Assembly (NCBI GenBank): GCA_964199315.1
Contig: OZ116699.1
Span: 1,302,001-1,366,000 of the forward strand
From: Orbicella franksi
Taxonomy: Eukaryota
Direction of reading: 5' to 3'
DNA length: 64,000 nt
The translations under genes were made by a program, and so were the position numbers. The notes under the pieces were generated by a model that worked only from the letters and a program-made list of their open reading frames with translations, searched no databases and was not told the origin of the DNA. Numbering within the stretch: the first letter of the stretch is position 1; each line of letters begins with the position of its first letter. This document shows positions 49,738 to 64,000 of this stretch, in pieces.

Positions 49738-52700
49738 TATTTTGTGCGCTAAAATTTGTAAATACTATACAATTATACGTTTTTAAGTAAACCTTAGAGA
49801 AATTCCTCCTCTCTCTAAGCGTCAAAACTAGCCAGAATGCAATGTACGATGCCAATAACACTTCTGTAAGAAGTTATGTGTGTCATGTCTGACTTTATTG
49901 CCTGCCGTGTGGCTCCAAAAGGACCCCCGCAAAGACATGATAGGAGAGATAATCTGACGTTGTGTCGACAATGTCCACTTTGTATTCCTGTAATCTACCA
50001 ATATTCACAAGAATATTTTCAGCCTAAAATCGGCGGAAAAGCAAGAATATTCAGCCTGGTCCGGAAAAACTCCATAAAAAAGAGTGTAATGATGTTTGCC
50101 GGTCATCCTATCGTTTCCTGTAATTTGCCATTTCGCAGAATTATTTTCACTGCTTATTTGACCAGTGCGTTGAAAAATATAATCCAGTTACGAAATTGCT
50201 CTAAGTGAATTAAGAGTGTACCTAGGCGCATTTCTTCTTTCGAATTCGATTACAAATCTTGTGTTGTCAATAGTACCAGATTTGAAGCGCATTTCTTCGG
50301 GCCGTCTTGCAAGTTGACTTGGAATAATAAATAATAAATACTATACTGACTGTAAAGAAAGATGGATGCTAATTCTCTGACCAGGAACAATGAATAATGG
50401 TAGGAGAAAAGCAAATAATAAGCATGGATCCGAAAATGAATACTGGTGGAAAATAAGCATGGGTTAATGAGTGGACACGGAATGACACTGTTCGATTGAA
50501 TTCTTGAAACCTGCTTGAAAAAGTGATAAAAAGACTCTAAATCTCGTTTTCGTTCTTCGTAATTGAGGTAATCGGGCACTTTCGATGTTTGGAGTCGTCA
50601 GACTAATTTCTAAACCCTGGCATCTGAAAAAAGTTTTTAAACGCCTTCTAAGTACACTGGAAAGAGAAACGCGCGAATTCTTATACCACGAAAGAACACC
50701 ATGCACTCACCTCGATGGATTATGAATAAGGCTGAATTGATGGCTTGATTTTATCGTCTTGGCGATTTGCTGGTTGATACGAGTCAAAACACACCGTCCA
50801 GTCGTTTACTGAACGAATTAGACTTTATAATCACACCGCTCGCATTTAATATTGGCTACATAAGTAGACGAGACAGGTGCTGCCAGCGTCATGTCAGAGC
50901 ACCATTACCTTAAAATACCGTGGATAATTTGCGAAAGTGTTCATTGTTTATGCGATGACTGTTCCTCAAAGACATCATAGCGCCGACCACAAAAGGAGAT
51001 TTACATTTGCCATTACCACAGCGATCAGTGCGGGTCTGTGATTTGAAATTCATGAAGCGAGAGGTACCGGGTCATCGTAATGGTTTTAATGGATGAAATA
51101 GCAGCTTTTTAAAGTTTTAATTGGTTTGCAATTTCTGCGCTTCTCTCTTCCGCTTGGCGCCTCTTCGCCCAAAGCTAGCCGTAATAACTGATAATTTAAT
51201 CACGGACTTTCAATCCATTTCCATCGGAAAACATTTTGACAGGCAACGCTGGCCTTTAAAGCATGCAGATTTTATAATTTTAATCGCCTCAAATTGATTT
51301 GCAAAAACATCCTAATGATATCGTGAAACCAGAGACGATTCCCAATTTGCTTGTCACCTACGCGCTTAAAATAAACTGATAACTGATGCTATCACTGATG
51401 TCAAGACTTAAATGTACAGAGCCGTAATGGCACTAAACATTAATGTGTTGACAAATAGCACCCTAATGACGAACCAAGGACATAAATAGCTTCCTGTAAG
51501 GTCAGTAATTAAGGTGCCCTCTAAGACGATTCTGGATCCCAAGACGCTCCCACGATAGGGGAATGTAAGCTGATATTTGACTCTTATCGATACGACTCCC
51601 ACGAGCTGAGCACTCCTAACCTGTATATCCGCGTTCTTAAGTTAAAATCTTTTCTTCTTTTACTTTGTTTTTAGTCGTGGAAGTGTTCAACAAAAGTAAA
51701 TTGCATGTTTCGTATCAACACACCCAAGGTCGTTCAATCAACATTTTATCGAAGACGATTGGCTGTTGACTTAAATACTTCTCTGAATTCCTTCCTTTTG
51801 TACGCAAACGAAATGTTTTTTTTTCTGTTTTTGTTTTTTTACTTTGTTCGTAAATTTATCGAGGGTTCTTCTTACCTAATGGAAACCATGATTGACGGTT
51901 TTCGCCGAAATCCAAAGATAATCAAGAGTTGGGCCCGCTTTATGCATTTAATATTCGACATCTGACAAAATACATTTGTAAACAGCCTTTTTGAAGTTAA
52001 CGATTAAATTTGATGAGGAACATTAGTGCATATGGGCTGAGGCAAACAACGCCTTTTTGGGCAAGAAAAATAACGGAAGCAACCCTTCAAAGTACATGTG
52101 GAAAGCTTTACGCCGAAGATAACCTAAGATGTAGGGAACATGAAGTAATACATTGTATGTTGATTTATTCCGTTTGCATTTTGCTGTTGATGAAAAAGTT
52201 TTCAAGATTGCTGTCGTAATCTTCAAAAATTAATTCATTAAAATAAATGGCAGGGCGTTTCTGCCTTAATTATTAATGTTCATTAACGCTAAGTATCGAG
52301 AATTCGACAACTGTTTGGATCAGGTTCAACTACCAAGACTTTATGTAGGCAGTGCTGGTATAAGCACATGGTTCCTCTAATAGTAATACATGGTGGAACT
52401 TGTCTCAGAAATAGACACTTGAGAAAATGTCGCTGTAGGTGCTTACAGTGAGAACATGTCAGGTAAAGATTTCAGTGGCAATTTGGAATATTAGAAACAC
52501 CAACTACTCGGAGATCTTAGTACTGTCGAGTTGCTCAGACCGAAACCAATTCTATTCGTTTTCATAGAGAATATAAATGATGTTATTAAGGTTTTTTTTG
52601 CTTATTGCCTCAAGAAAGTATAACTCAGTTTTTTCTTGTTTAGATGTTTTTGTTTTTTCACAGTAGGAGTCCGTTTATTGTCATACTGTGCGTTATCTTT

Positions 52701-55700
52701 TCAACCAATGCAAGGGGTTTTAAGAAGATACATAAATTTGCATTATGGCAGGTTTTTCATAACACGTGCCAGTTTGTTACGTTTGGAAAATATTTCATGT
52801 GTCCATTGTTCTCGTTCGGTAAATAAAGTACTGTTGCCGGAAAGAATTTTAGTGGAAAAAATTCTAAATATACTCAATTTCTTTTTTTTTAGCAATAAAA
52901 ACTTGCTTTGGCGATAAACTCTGTTTCGTTTTTTGTTTTCAGTAACATCAGAAAATTATTAAAGTGTTCGCACTGAGAACTGAATGTCCAAACAAAGAAC
53001 TGCAAGGCAAAAACAATTTTAAATCAGTCATGCTTGAAACCACGAAACATCATGGTTGGGTCGATTTCTGAACGAGAATCCTTGGTTCATACTTTGAAAA
53101 AATTATCTCGGCACGTTCTGAATCATTATTTAAATGTCATTTTACTGTAGAGGTCGTAATGAAAGCTGATCATCATCAATAATAAAAGGTAGCATGTGAT
53201 AGCTACTTTAATGACATTACGGTTAAGGGAGACAAGAAGATTCTTAAAGAACATCAAGAATAGAAACATCATCATGTCGAAAGTGACGATATTAGTCTAT
53301 TTCTTTTTAACTGACCTAAACTTTGAGAAAACCTAGTGTTTCGTTTCAGTTACTGGTTACGCAGCTCAGTTACCATTTAAAAAAGTGTATCGGTGCAGAA
53401 CGTCATCCGATTCAGTTCTTTTTTGGGTGCGCCCGAAATACGTTGCTGACTTACTGTTATTCTGGAACTCTCAAACCTGCAGCTTGTCTTTGACGAAGGC
53501 GCTGGCGTGTTATCGTAAGAGTCTTGTCGACCCTGAAGCAGAGAAATAATATAAATCAACAAGACTTCTGAAGACCTCTATATTTGACGTTCAGCCACCT
53601 ACCTTCTTCGACAAGTTTAGAAGTCTTATGTAATCAGCGCGTTTTCAAAAGGGTTGTCGTCCGTGTTCTTATTTTGAAATGTTTGCCGAATACGTAGGGG
53701 CTTATTTTTGTTGTTATGTTTAGTTTGTTTATAACACACATAATGGTGATTATAATTTCAATGCAATGTTTTGAGGAAAACATTGAGAAACATTTTTCTT
53801 ATTATCCAGAATGCATTAAATAACCTACAGATTTGTTTTCAATAGCTCATAGAATGCCAAAATAATACAAAGGAAGCGCTTTTGAATTAAAAAAATAACC
53901 AATGTAATTAACATGTGGAGCATGTTCACGAATTAGGACTGAGCGTTTTCGATATTAAATTAGACTCAAAATATACTTAAAAAATCAATTTACAGATATT
54001 CTTAGTGCGTGTGCATCAAATCCAGTCAAGGGTTTGCGCGATATCGCCTTTCGTTTTCATTATGTGAGATCTTGAATTGTGCTTGTTGTACAAAGACGTA
54101 GGTACGTGGGCAACGAAAAAAACTTCAATGAACTCCTATTCTCTTGTGTAGACGTAATCATTTCAGTGTTATCAAGCGTCAGCTGTATTTTTGAGGACCC
54201 ACGCACAAACCTTTGATAACGATTCGTGGCATTAATCGTGGCGATTCGTCTCACGAAAGAAGAGAATCTCGTTTACGCTGCTAAAAAATTGTCTTGGACT
54301 TTTAATTTATGAAATTAGAAAACCTGTATGATATTGACGTTCATCTGAAAGATTTTCCTTTTTGTTTAAATTCACTTGCGTGTACGATAACAGATTATTG
54401 ACATCAATCAAACTAACATCTTAAGGCTAGCGACGTGACAAGCAAGATATTTTTAAGAATCAAAATTGCAAGCCTCGCTTTTATGACGCCCGACTTTTTC
54501 ATTTTTTTAGCTGCTCAAATCGGGGCATTTTTCGTAATTAGAAGCTCTGTCGTTTTCTCGAGCCTTAAATGACAGTTTCTGAATGGTGCTGAGAAAATCA
54601 GAAAAAAAAGTCTTTCAATAGCTCGAAAAAGTTGTATAGCTATCTTTTTTCCGAATTGTAGATACATTGTATTGCAGGATATTTCCTCGAAGGTGTCGTT
54701 ATAATCCGGGCTATAACGGCACGCAACTTCATATTTGAAAAAAAAAAAAAATAGGATTTCAAGGAATCTGTGGACGAAAATGAAGTCTTTACACCTGCAG
54801 GTCAAGGTGTCCAGATGACCACGACTTTTGCAATTAAGCAAAAACTCCCGAAGCAAAAGTTAAGATCGTCACCCTTCCGTGTCGTTCTTTAGTGCTCGTG
54901 TAATAGTGATACAGATCGAATTCGCTTTAATTGAAGCCATATTTGGATTGCTTTTACCTCTGAAGAATTTGTTCCATTTCTGACGATAACTTAAAATAAA
55001 TGCTTGTTTGAAAAAGCACCTTAATTTCCTTTCATGTCTAATCATAAATATCTAAACTGGAGTCACAAATAACCATTACAAAAAAGTACTTTGTGCAAAC
55101 GTTTGCATAACCTTGCAAATGTGACAATTTCTACTCATTATTTGCCTAAGCAGAAATGAATTGAAGAAAAGCTTTTTTTACCTAAGGCGATTCCAATTTT
55201 ATGTGTACGATAGTGTGTCTTTTCTGACAGTCTTTAATGATATTTTCACGGTGGCAAAACATCATAAGTGTTTTGGTTTTCAGCAAAAACGTGTCAGTGT
55301 GTTCAAAATCGCATTTAATGATAACATTTTTATCTTGAAAAACACGTGAATCGAAATCTAAAAATTAGCAAATCATGTATATGTTATTCTAGACCAAAAA
55401 TGTTTGAATTTTCTTCATCGCATAGATGTATCTCTACAACTAGAGTATAGTTAAACTCCATACATTCCAGCCTGACCTGACGAAAAATACTCACTATATT
55501 AATTAACAATTTATGTCCTAATCTTAAGATATCCAGAGTGACACATTGTAAGGATTATATTTTTAACCTTTTAGGAAGCTAAAACATGTAGTTTCTAATT
55601 TGTTTTGATCTTAAGTGTTCGTAAACAATGTTTTTTACTGCAAAGTCTAGAAATATTTGGGGACTGATGCGTTCTCAGTACGGTAACGTAAATACAGGCC

Positions 55701-56927
55701 AAGATGCATGGGCGTCTAAAAATGATGCTAGAAATAACTCCATGCCAGGAGCCAATTCAGAAGAAGTATCCTTGTTATCGAGACTCTTTTCGCGATTTTT
55801 TCAATGGTTTCAAGACATACGTAACTTTTGGAGTTTTTTAGTGAAACCATTTTGAAAAACTAGTTTTTGGTAATATTATTTGTAGTTACTTTTTTTGTTT
55901 ATTGCATGAATAAAATGGAAATTGTTTATCTTAAAAAAAATATTGAATCTAGAGTTATTTCATCGTTTCCTTTTTGTAAAAGGATTAGCAGTCATCACCA
56001 CATAAAACTACTTATGAGTAATCGTAGAAAGTTTGATCTTTTTAGAACATGGATGAAATCCATTAGAAAGTTGTAATTGAACTACACACCTGAATTCTCT
56101 TCAAAGATGATGTGCCACAAAGTATCAAGACTTGATTAAGAAATACATTTCTACTAAACGGCATGCCGCTTCAGAAATAAAATATAATCTAATGCGTCTC
56201 TCTTCGGTTGCCTGACGATAATTTCTAATTATACAGATAAGTGCTGTGTCAAAAGCATCAATTCAAACTATCGATGATGATGAAACGATTATAGTGGCTA
56301 GGTCACACGATTTCAAATCAAACTCTTGGGCTAAATGGTTTGAAACAGTGAATCGACATCAAAGGGAAACCCTGGAAAGATATTAGGGGAGTAATGCTGG
56401 GCGAAATGGAACAGTGGGCAAAAGGTGATTTCTCACATTGAGATAAGACTGAGGAAATGGGTGACTTAGTGCTAGCAAATCATTGTTGTTTGTTCGTTCT
56501 TAAGCTGGCGAAATTGATTACGGCTCATTTACTCATAGTATTATGTAGCTGTAACATGACGTTTGGCGCTCTTACGTAACAAAAATTGCCTTTTAAGAGC
56601 CTTTATGCAGTTGAATGGTATAATATTTTACAATCGATGCCTGCTTGAAAAGTAAACAACGACATGGTCTCATTGTTTCCATTTAAGATTTAATTAAAAG
56701 AAGAAAATTAAAACAGCCTTTGAACCATTATTCAAGAAACTCTGGGCATTTTAGAAACGACTGGGCGTTTTTCAGGGATGCTTAGGTCATAGTTTGCAGT
56801 TGATTACGATAGTCTTAGAGCCTTAGAGATTATAGTAAAAACGATGACGACTATGATTTAGCGACTGAAGTCAGTTCCTCAATAGACCTAGAACGAATGT
56901 GAAAAAATCGTGGTCGACGGTCTTTTG

Positions 56928-57135
56928 TCAACAACAACAACAATGTCAACAGCAGCAGCAGCATCAGCAACAGCAGCAACAACATCAGCTTCACTACACA
57001 CATCAACGAGAATGAAGACTACGACGTCGACGACGACTACGACTTAATTTTCAACATGGACAAAGATTGCAGGTGATTACAGTTTAAAGTCCTTGGGGGT
57101 ATGCAAAGACGACAGCAACAGCAGCAACAACAAGA
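56928..57135. repeat. Mixed (CAA)n/(CAG)n/(GAC)n trinucleotide tract
   Basis: caacaacaacaacaa, cagcagcagcagcatcagcaacagcagcaacaac, gacgtcgacgacgactacgac. Confidence 0.85.
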
Positions 57136-58099
57136 ACTGAATACCAGCAAAATAATAACGAAAAAAGACTGAATGTTTTGATTCTTGATGGTAATATTGT
57201 ACGCGAAGTGAAATGAGACCATTGCCCATTGGCAAACAGTTTAACTGATAGGGCTAAAAGTTGTCGAAAATTCAAGAACTCATTCAGTTTTTCTTTGCCG
57301 TGTTCTATGACGACAAATAACATCAGTTGCACCAAGAATTGTTAGGGATGCACAGTGTTTCCTTTCTACATCAAGTGAATATTTATTCTATAAACACCGA
57401 TTGTAAAAAAAGATTCTAACATTTGTGAAAGTAAACTAGAATGGGTTGCCTATTTATTTTTGTGCTTGCTCAGTACCTGTGTGGCTACCACTGCCATCAC
57501 TTAAATAACCAGTGATTTTGTTTATTGTAGTTCCGCAACGCTTTCGAGAGGAATATACCATGGAATATCCCACGAGTCACTTGTATTTTCTCGGTAAACA
57601 CATGAGCCTTTCTATTTAAAACAAGAACAATTGTCAACACAATCAATGCAGGGCACGGTCGGAAGGGTAGATGTATGCAATACCGTTAATTATACTACGA
57701 TTACCGTTTTCAGATTGGCTGTATCTTCTTTGGGATGGTAGATATAGGCCTTTTGCAACAGCTGGTCTCGTGGCATGCTTTTCAAGAACACACTGATTTA
57801 GTCATTGATAATGCATAATTTTATCAGAAATGGAACAACGTTCACAAACGAGGGACGTTATGGACGTTAGAAATTAGAGGAACTTGTGATGGAAGAAGAC
57901 GCTTTACAGTTTCGAATGATCGAGTGGTTTTCCATATAAAATCCTTGTAATTTTGCAAGTTTTCAAACTACCATGAAATCTTTGCCATTCGGTGTAGAAG
58001 CCTAGAATTTTTCATTGTTCCTAATATTTTAGCCCTCTTTTTATTCTCAATAATTGTGCCAGCAGCTTCCTTTTGTAGTGTCTAATAAAAGAAAAGGTC

Positions 58100-58415
58100 T
58101 CTGGAGGGCAAAGTCTTCTTACTTCCATACAAGACCTTATATATTTTTCTCCAATATTCAAATGGTCATTAAATCTCAACCTTAAATGCACTGATGTGAA
58201 AAAGTGGTGTTCTGGCTATTTAAACATGCATTTTACAGTCTTAAGTTCCCTCGCCATTTTGTTTTCTATCTTTTTTAATTTATTATATAAATTGTAGTTT
58301 TGTATCTTCATTGTAATCTTGTAATCACTATATTTTTGTTATTTGTTAATCATTGTACTCTAATTCTATTTTTGTATGTGTGGTAAATCAAAAAAATAAA
58401 AAATAAAAAAATATA
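58100..58415 (+). mobile_element. Possible 5'-truncated LINE 3' end
   Basis: TGT/TTGTA-rich stretch ending in an (AAAAAAT)n tail at ~58389-58412. No recognisable RT motif. Confidence 0.3.
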
Positions 58416-61400
58416 ATTGTAGGTAAAAGCTTGGTCATGTGATCAATTATTGCAATATTCCTACTCGTACATACCTTGGTGGCGTCTTTCCTCTGAGAAT
58501 GCCTTGATATTGCAAAGATGAATTAGGCAGCGTTTATCCTTTTTGCGAAATGGCTGTGAAAATGAAACGCCTATGTGAGTACTGTTCTTTTAAATTAACT
58601 TTTACCCAAAACTTATCAATAGTGATAACTTTGTGTGACAATTCTGTGGTGTTTTTTTGATCTCCTCAACCAATAAAGAGCAAACAAACATACCTGTAAT
58701 CAAGCTGCCGCATCTCTCCGCCTTTGAGCCAAAATTTATATTTACATGACAATGTGGAAACTGAATCACTTATTAAGGGAAATACGTGCCGAGTCAAAGA
58801 GTCGTACCACTGCTGCAACTGAACGTGATCGCAGCGTGCGGTTTGCATACGAGTCGATCTCAACTCTGCAAACTATTTCCGCTACAATTAGGAAACTACA
58901 CCGGCAAGACCGAATTGATTAAACTTCATGAGCCTTATTGCAACAAGACAAGTGTGGCTAACTACAACTTGAATGTTTTGAATTGCGTTGTTGGTGATTA
59001 AAGCTTATCACTTCAGCCTTGTTGGTCTTGGAAACGAGTTTTTAGCTAATTGTTAGTTCTGTTTTTCAGACCACAGATTTTATTGCGGAGATAAGGGGCG
59101 GTTTTGCCAATCTGCTTTCTTAAAAACGCAAAGCCGGTGAAATCTCTTTCAGTATGTAAGTCAGATGAATGCGCACATAACCACAGATCTCAGATGTATT
59201 TTTTCTTTGCACTGCATTGTTCGTTTGTTTACTTAGGGAAAATTAAAAGTCTTCACCCTGTTAGGAGCTACATGTAATTGCTGGCACGGCCATTAACTAG
59301 CCAAAGCCTAAATTCCCTTTGTGTAACATGATCTTGTCACCGGCTGAATCTAGCTAAGACCCCCGCACAGAACGTTTCCATGTTTGTAAGGTCTGTTATT
59401 AAATCCATTTTTAAAGAAATGACGAAGTAATGTCTTTCAGCAGGCACTACCGAACAACGTTTTTGGTAAGAACCAAATGTCCCAGGGCGAATTCGACTGA
59501 ATGTTTATTCTGTATTGATTCTTTCAGTTATTAACATAACCGCACTAAAACCCTTCGGATTTAGAAAGATACTGGGTTAAAATTGTACAGTACGAGAAAA
59601 CAACAAAGCCAAGACAAATTAACTTAAGAAAGAAGAATTCTGAAGAAAAATAAAATAATAATAACACAATATTGTAGGCGAAATATACAGCCACATGTTC
59701 CGAACGCTGGTGTTAAATGAAAGTCGGTGCAACTGTACACCGATAGCATCCATAGATTAACAAAAAAGTCCGAGATTTACAGAACTTAAAGTGTATTTGA
59801 TCGGATTTGTTGTTATTTACATTTTGCACTGATTCAAGACTCCCGCAAAGCATGGACCTCTTATACCATAGAAACACTGCTGAGGGTCAGGAAAAACATG
59901 GGTACAACAGCAATAATATTTCAGATGTTTGGCTTTTTCCGCGCATACATGGTATATGTGTAAACTGAATGTTGGCAATCGCAGAATTTTGAAGGGAGAA
60001 AAGTAAAGAACACGCGGCGAAAGGAGAGATTAAAATCGATGGAAAGCGTAATTGAATTTTCGAAATGTCCATTTCCTAAGCCTCGAGTCAAGACATTTTG
60101 TGATTTCCTTTCTTTGGGATTTCGCATTGAGTTAACCGAAGATAAATTTCCGCTTGGACTTAAGCTCAGTGCAAGCGTTATGTGAAAGCAGCACAAACTT
60201 TAATAATGGCTAGGGTTTAATTGTAATTTATTTTGCAATAATATCTAAGAAAATAAGAACTTAAATAAAAAAATGAGTTGACTTACGTTTTGGATGCAAG
60301 GTACTCTCAGCGGTCTCCTGAAGTTAAATATCGATGATGGTGTCTTCACCAATCCTTTGAAACAGAAACCTGTGTGAGACTATTGTAAAACAGCTAACAT
60401 TACTTTCGCACTTGGCATGTTACGCATATATCATGTTAATTTTCATCGTTGAGCGTAAAATAAGGCCAGGCCGTGGGCATTATATCTTTCCATCTACGTT
60501 CAATTATGTGCTACTAGGGACAAAACAATCTTTGATATTTTGTTCCTTTTGATATCTGCCGTGGATTGCGTTTATATTGAAAGGTGCCTCTTTGTTTTGC
60601 TATTTCCTTTCAGGACCTAATGAATATTTCGATGACACGTTTGTGATTTGTACCTTTTCTTCGAATAAAACTACAATAACATTTTCGCAATACGTCTCTT
60701 CTACGCCGATTTAATTTCTTACCCCAATGCTCCTGTTAATTTCCATAAGCTTATGTTTGCTAATGAAGAAGAAGCGGTCAATGCAAAGAATATTGTTGTC
60801 AAAGTCCATTTCTTGTAATAACCGGATGAATTTTTAAATACCTCTATGGCAATGAAATAAAGTCGGTCCTCTCTACTTTGATTGTTTCATGTTGTGAAGG
60901 TTGTTTGATCAAAGCAGGAAACATGCGGAGCATGGAAAACAAAGCTTGGCATTATTGAAATTTATGAAAGCTTTGATCGAAAATAGCAAATGACACTTAT
61001 TTTCTAAACGTTTGTTGAGGAGTTATTAGACTCACTTGTTTTCTTAATATGAGTACCAAGCTGTGAGTACAGATCCCGCTTCCATTGAGACATGGATATT
61101 TAGTGCTGGGACTAAAGGGATCGCTGACAGTTTGTCAATTTAAAAGCTATCAAAGCCCTTCGGGCTTGAGTGTTTTGTAAACAGAGCAAAATTGAATTAA
61201 TGCCGAAAACGACCTGTAAAGTCATATCACAGCAGTTGCTTAATGATTATTTGCTGTGCTCTCCAAACGCGAAGGCGGTTAATATATCATGTAGAAATTT
61301 GATGTGATCTGTCTCGTTGACTTGGATTGCAATTCTGCCCTTTCGTGCAAGAAACGACTGCTTGTATTGCTTTTAGAAGTTATATCTGCCGATTATTAAA

Positions 61401-64000
61401 ACCACCATCGTGTTAATGTAGTTTGGAAATAAACATTCTACAAGACAGGCTATTTGTTACTAAGAAATAAAGAACTAAACCTTTATTACACTGCCGTCAT
61501 AAAAGCCTGCATAATTCATTTCAAGGTTATGGTCGCCTCTGTCAGTTCTCAGTTATACTAAAAGCAATCATTTATCTCGAGTTTGATTCGAAGAGATACT
61601 GGATTTTATCACATTTCATCTATCTCGCAGACGTTATCTTGTTGACCGAAACTGAACGGAGACTGTAATATAATAAAGTAATATATCAAAATTTAACTCA
61701 TTCACCTGATGTTAACTATGTACCAGTTGAAAGCCGAAAAGGGAATTCTCGATTCATATCTGTCAACTCCTGAGACTCATTTTTTTTTACAAGACTAGAC
61801 CAATTTTGAGAAATCATATGGCATGCATTATCTTTCTTTTTCAGCTTTAGAGGGCAAGAGAAATATTACTAAATGAGTCGATTTATTGCAATCAGAGACA
61901 ATTATTTTATGAATACAGTTGCTGCGGAGATTGTCAAAGTCGCTTTTTCACTTATTGTGTTGCTGATTCAGCCTAGCACCCACTGACAGTTTTCCAGCAC
62001 ACGGCAGATTTTCATTTTGCGGAGGTTTAATAGAACGACTCCAAGTACAGTAATTGGCGCTCAAATTATATTTTTTAGTTCATCTACTGTCATCAGATAA
62101 ATACAAGTTGTAACCAATCCGGCTAGCAAAGGTTTTGCCAGCTCTATTTTTAAGTAAACCAAAGCGAAATGAACCATCATAAATTGTTACCGATTTCAAC
62201 CCTTTTGTCTGACCAGAAGTCGGTTGAATCACGTTATGCCAGTAAGATCACCCATAAAGTTCTAAACGTTTATTCATTTTCTATTGCTTTTGTAATTGAC
62301 TTCTAGACCATATCAATTTCAAGAAGCTAAGTGGTTTCAATGATAGTAGAAGACAGCCGGCTAATCATGTCATGAGTTGAAGATGTGTTTTACGCCTGTT
62401 GCCTCTTATGGCCAAAGGTACCATTCATTCTTCGTGGCGTTTACACTCTTGGCGTTTAGACTACTCGTTAATTAGAAGCTATCACGATGATCTTGGACCG
62501 CTGATTTACCCCAAACAATCCTTCAATATGTAGTCCACTTAAGTAAAATAAGAAACAGCCATAGCAGAGTTTCTAGTGTAATCCTTTGTGAGTAAACATA
62601 TGCAAAATGGCAAACAATTAAATCACTGAATGCGAAGTGAGCATTGCATTATACAAGCAGAAGAGAAACATCGTCTTTGGAATTTATCTTTGGTAAAAAG
62701 ATCACTGAAGTCTACAGGACCTTGATAATTAGTTGACAGAAAAACCCATTATCCCATACATTGGCTCCCGTGAACTGTTTGCCGTAGTTAACGCTAGTTT
62801 AATAGCAGTATTTGTTGACCATTTGCTATGGATGTAGCTACTTCATTCTACAACTTTCTACTGCATGTCGCTTCAACGCTACAAAATATTGGCGAGCATT
62901 TGTGATTTTTCCAGTCTTCGCGACTGTCTTCGAACCATAGCCAGCTGTCTGAGCCATTGCCGCACTGACTAAAAGCATTTTGGAAATAATATAAGCTCCC
63001 CTCCTTGACCTTGAATAAAGTAATGTCTATACGCGTTTCTTGAAAATACAAAACTGTGCTTTTAGCAGTAAATTATTGTGGTAAAGTCAATATTTTTGTA
63101 TGAAAATGGAAGCTCTGATTTGAATAACAAATACAGTACCTCCTCTCTGAAAAAAGCTGTTCAAAATTATCATATACATAATACTACAGTTCCGTCCATG
63201 AGCTCATTATCAACAGTGTTAAAATATAATAAACTGAGCGTCGGTGTCCTACCTTAAAAGTGGCGAAAGAGCGTCGCATTTACTGTCCTATACGTGTTCA
63301 ATAACAAAAAATTGTGGATCACGACTGACTAAGATCACGATTTTAACTTGGTCTATGTAAAGGTCACACTCTGAAGATACCGCCGACAACACGGAATCTG
63401 CAGCACCTACTTCCGTTTTGATGTTAATGCGCAAGAAACAATCTTTGAGCTGCCAGTGTTCGCATTGGGGAGGGACTCATGAGTCTTGAAGCAAATTTGG
63501 TGGTCTTTTAGTGAGGGCTTATTCGGCTTAACTTTAGAAAACCAACATTTATGATAATTTTTTAGGCGTTTCGCCCATAAAAGCTTTCATCGTGTCCGGA
63601 GTCAGTTAGTTCATTAAAGAAAAATGATCTTTGAATCAAACTTACTTTTTCCTCTTGACCGTGTGAAAGCGGCTTCAATTCTGCTGTCAACTTCTTCGTC
63701 TTTGACGAGCTTTCTTACACAACCCCTTCACTAATTTCATGCCTTCGTTTTTAGTAGTTTCGAGGCCTTGTTTAATTGAAAGAAAGCATTTTAATGACTC
63801 ATTCTTTGTCTTGATAAATATTTGTTTAGTTAAATTAAACTATCTAAACATCTTTAGAGTGCACGAAATGAAACGATTAAAAAGCTCGTTCAGTTTTAAA
63901 CGTGCCGTTCTGATAGCAATCTTAAAAGCGCTACGTTTCCGAAACTCTCCACTCTGTATTTGAGCGACAGAAGTGGCCTAATGAGCGACGTTAGATTAAA

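Noticed and set aside
56928-57135. PolyQ coding exon
   Set aside because: Frames are closed by stops and no splice or ORF context supports it; treated as a simple repeat.
41200-64000. Numerous 60-113 aa ORFs
   Set aside because: None shows a recognisable domain or consistent exon chain; lengths are compatible with chance in AT-rich DNA.

Overview
Eukaryotic, AT-rich, repeat-dense window, most likely from a stony coral or related cnidarian. That assignment is inferred from recalled SINE, MITE and Penelope sequence types and from the GPCR style, not from a database search. Intact genes: the last seven coding exons of SNRNP200/Brr2 (455-2904, +) and three class A GPCRs, namely a single-exon peptide-receptor-like gene (18821-19957, +) and two related aminergic-like genes on the minus strand (two exons 26259-24823; one exon 40786-39779). 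Mostly invisible to the ORF track: (i) a broken herpesvirus-tegument-type (C76) cysteine protease fragment just downstream of SNRNP200; (ii) a ~10 kb heavily decayed leucine-rich-repeat gene on the minus strand (~6300-16700) with an internal ~665 bp duplication; (iii) a Penelope-like retroelement piece inserted in that pseudogene, carrying a minimal type I hammerhead ribozyme; (iv) a stack of GNA-triloop palindromic elements between the convergent GPCRs. 41-64 kb has no long ORF, only MITEs, simple repeats and candidate non-coding exons. I see no clear new multi-gene system. The best leads are the unusual ligand pocket of the aminergic-like pair, the LRR ghost gene, the C76 protease and the hammerhead.
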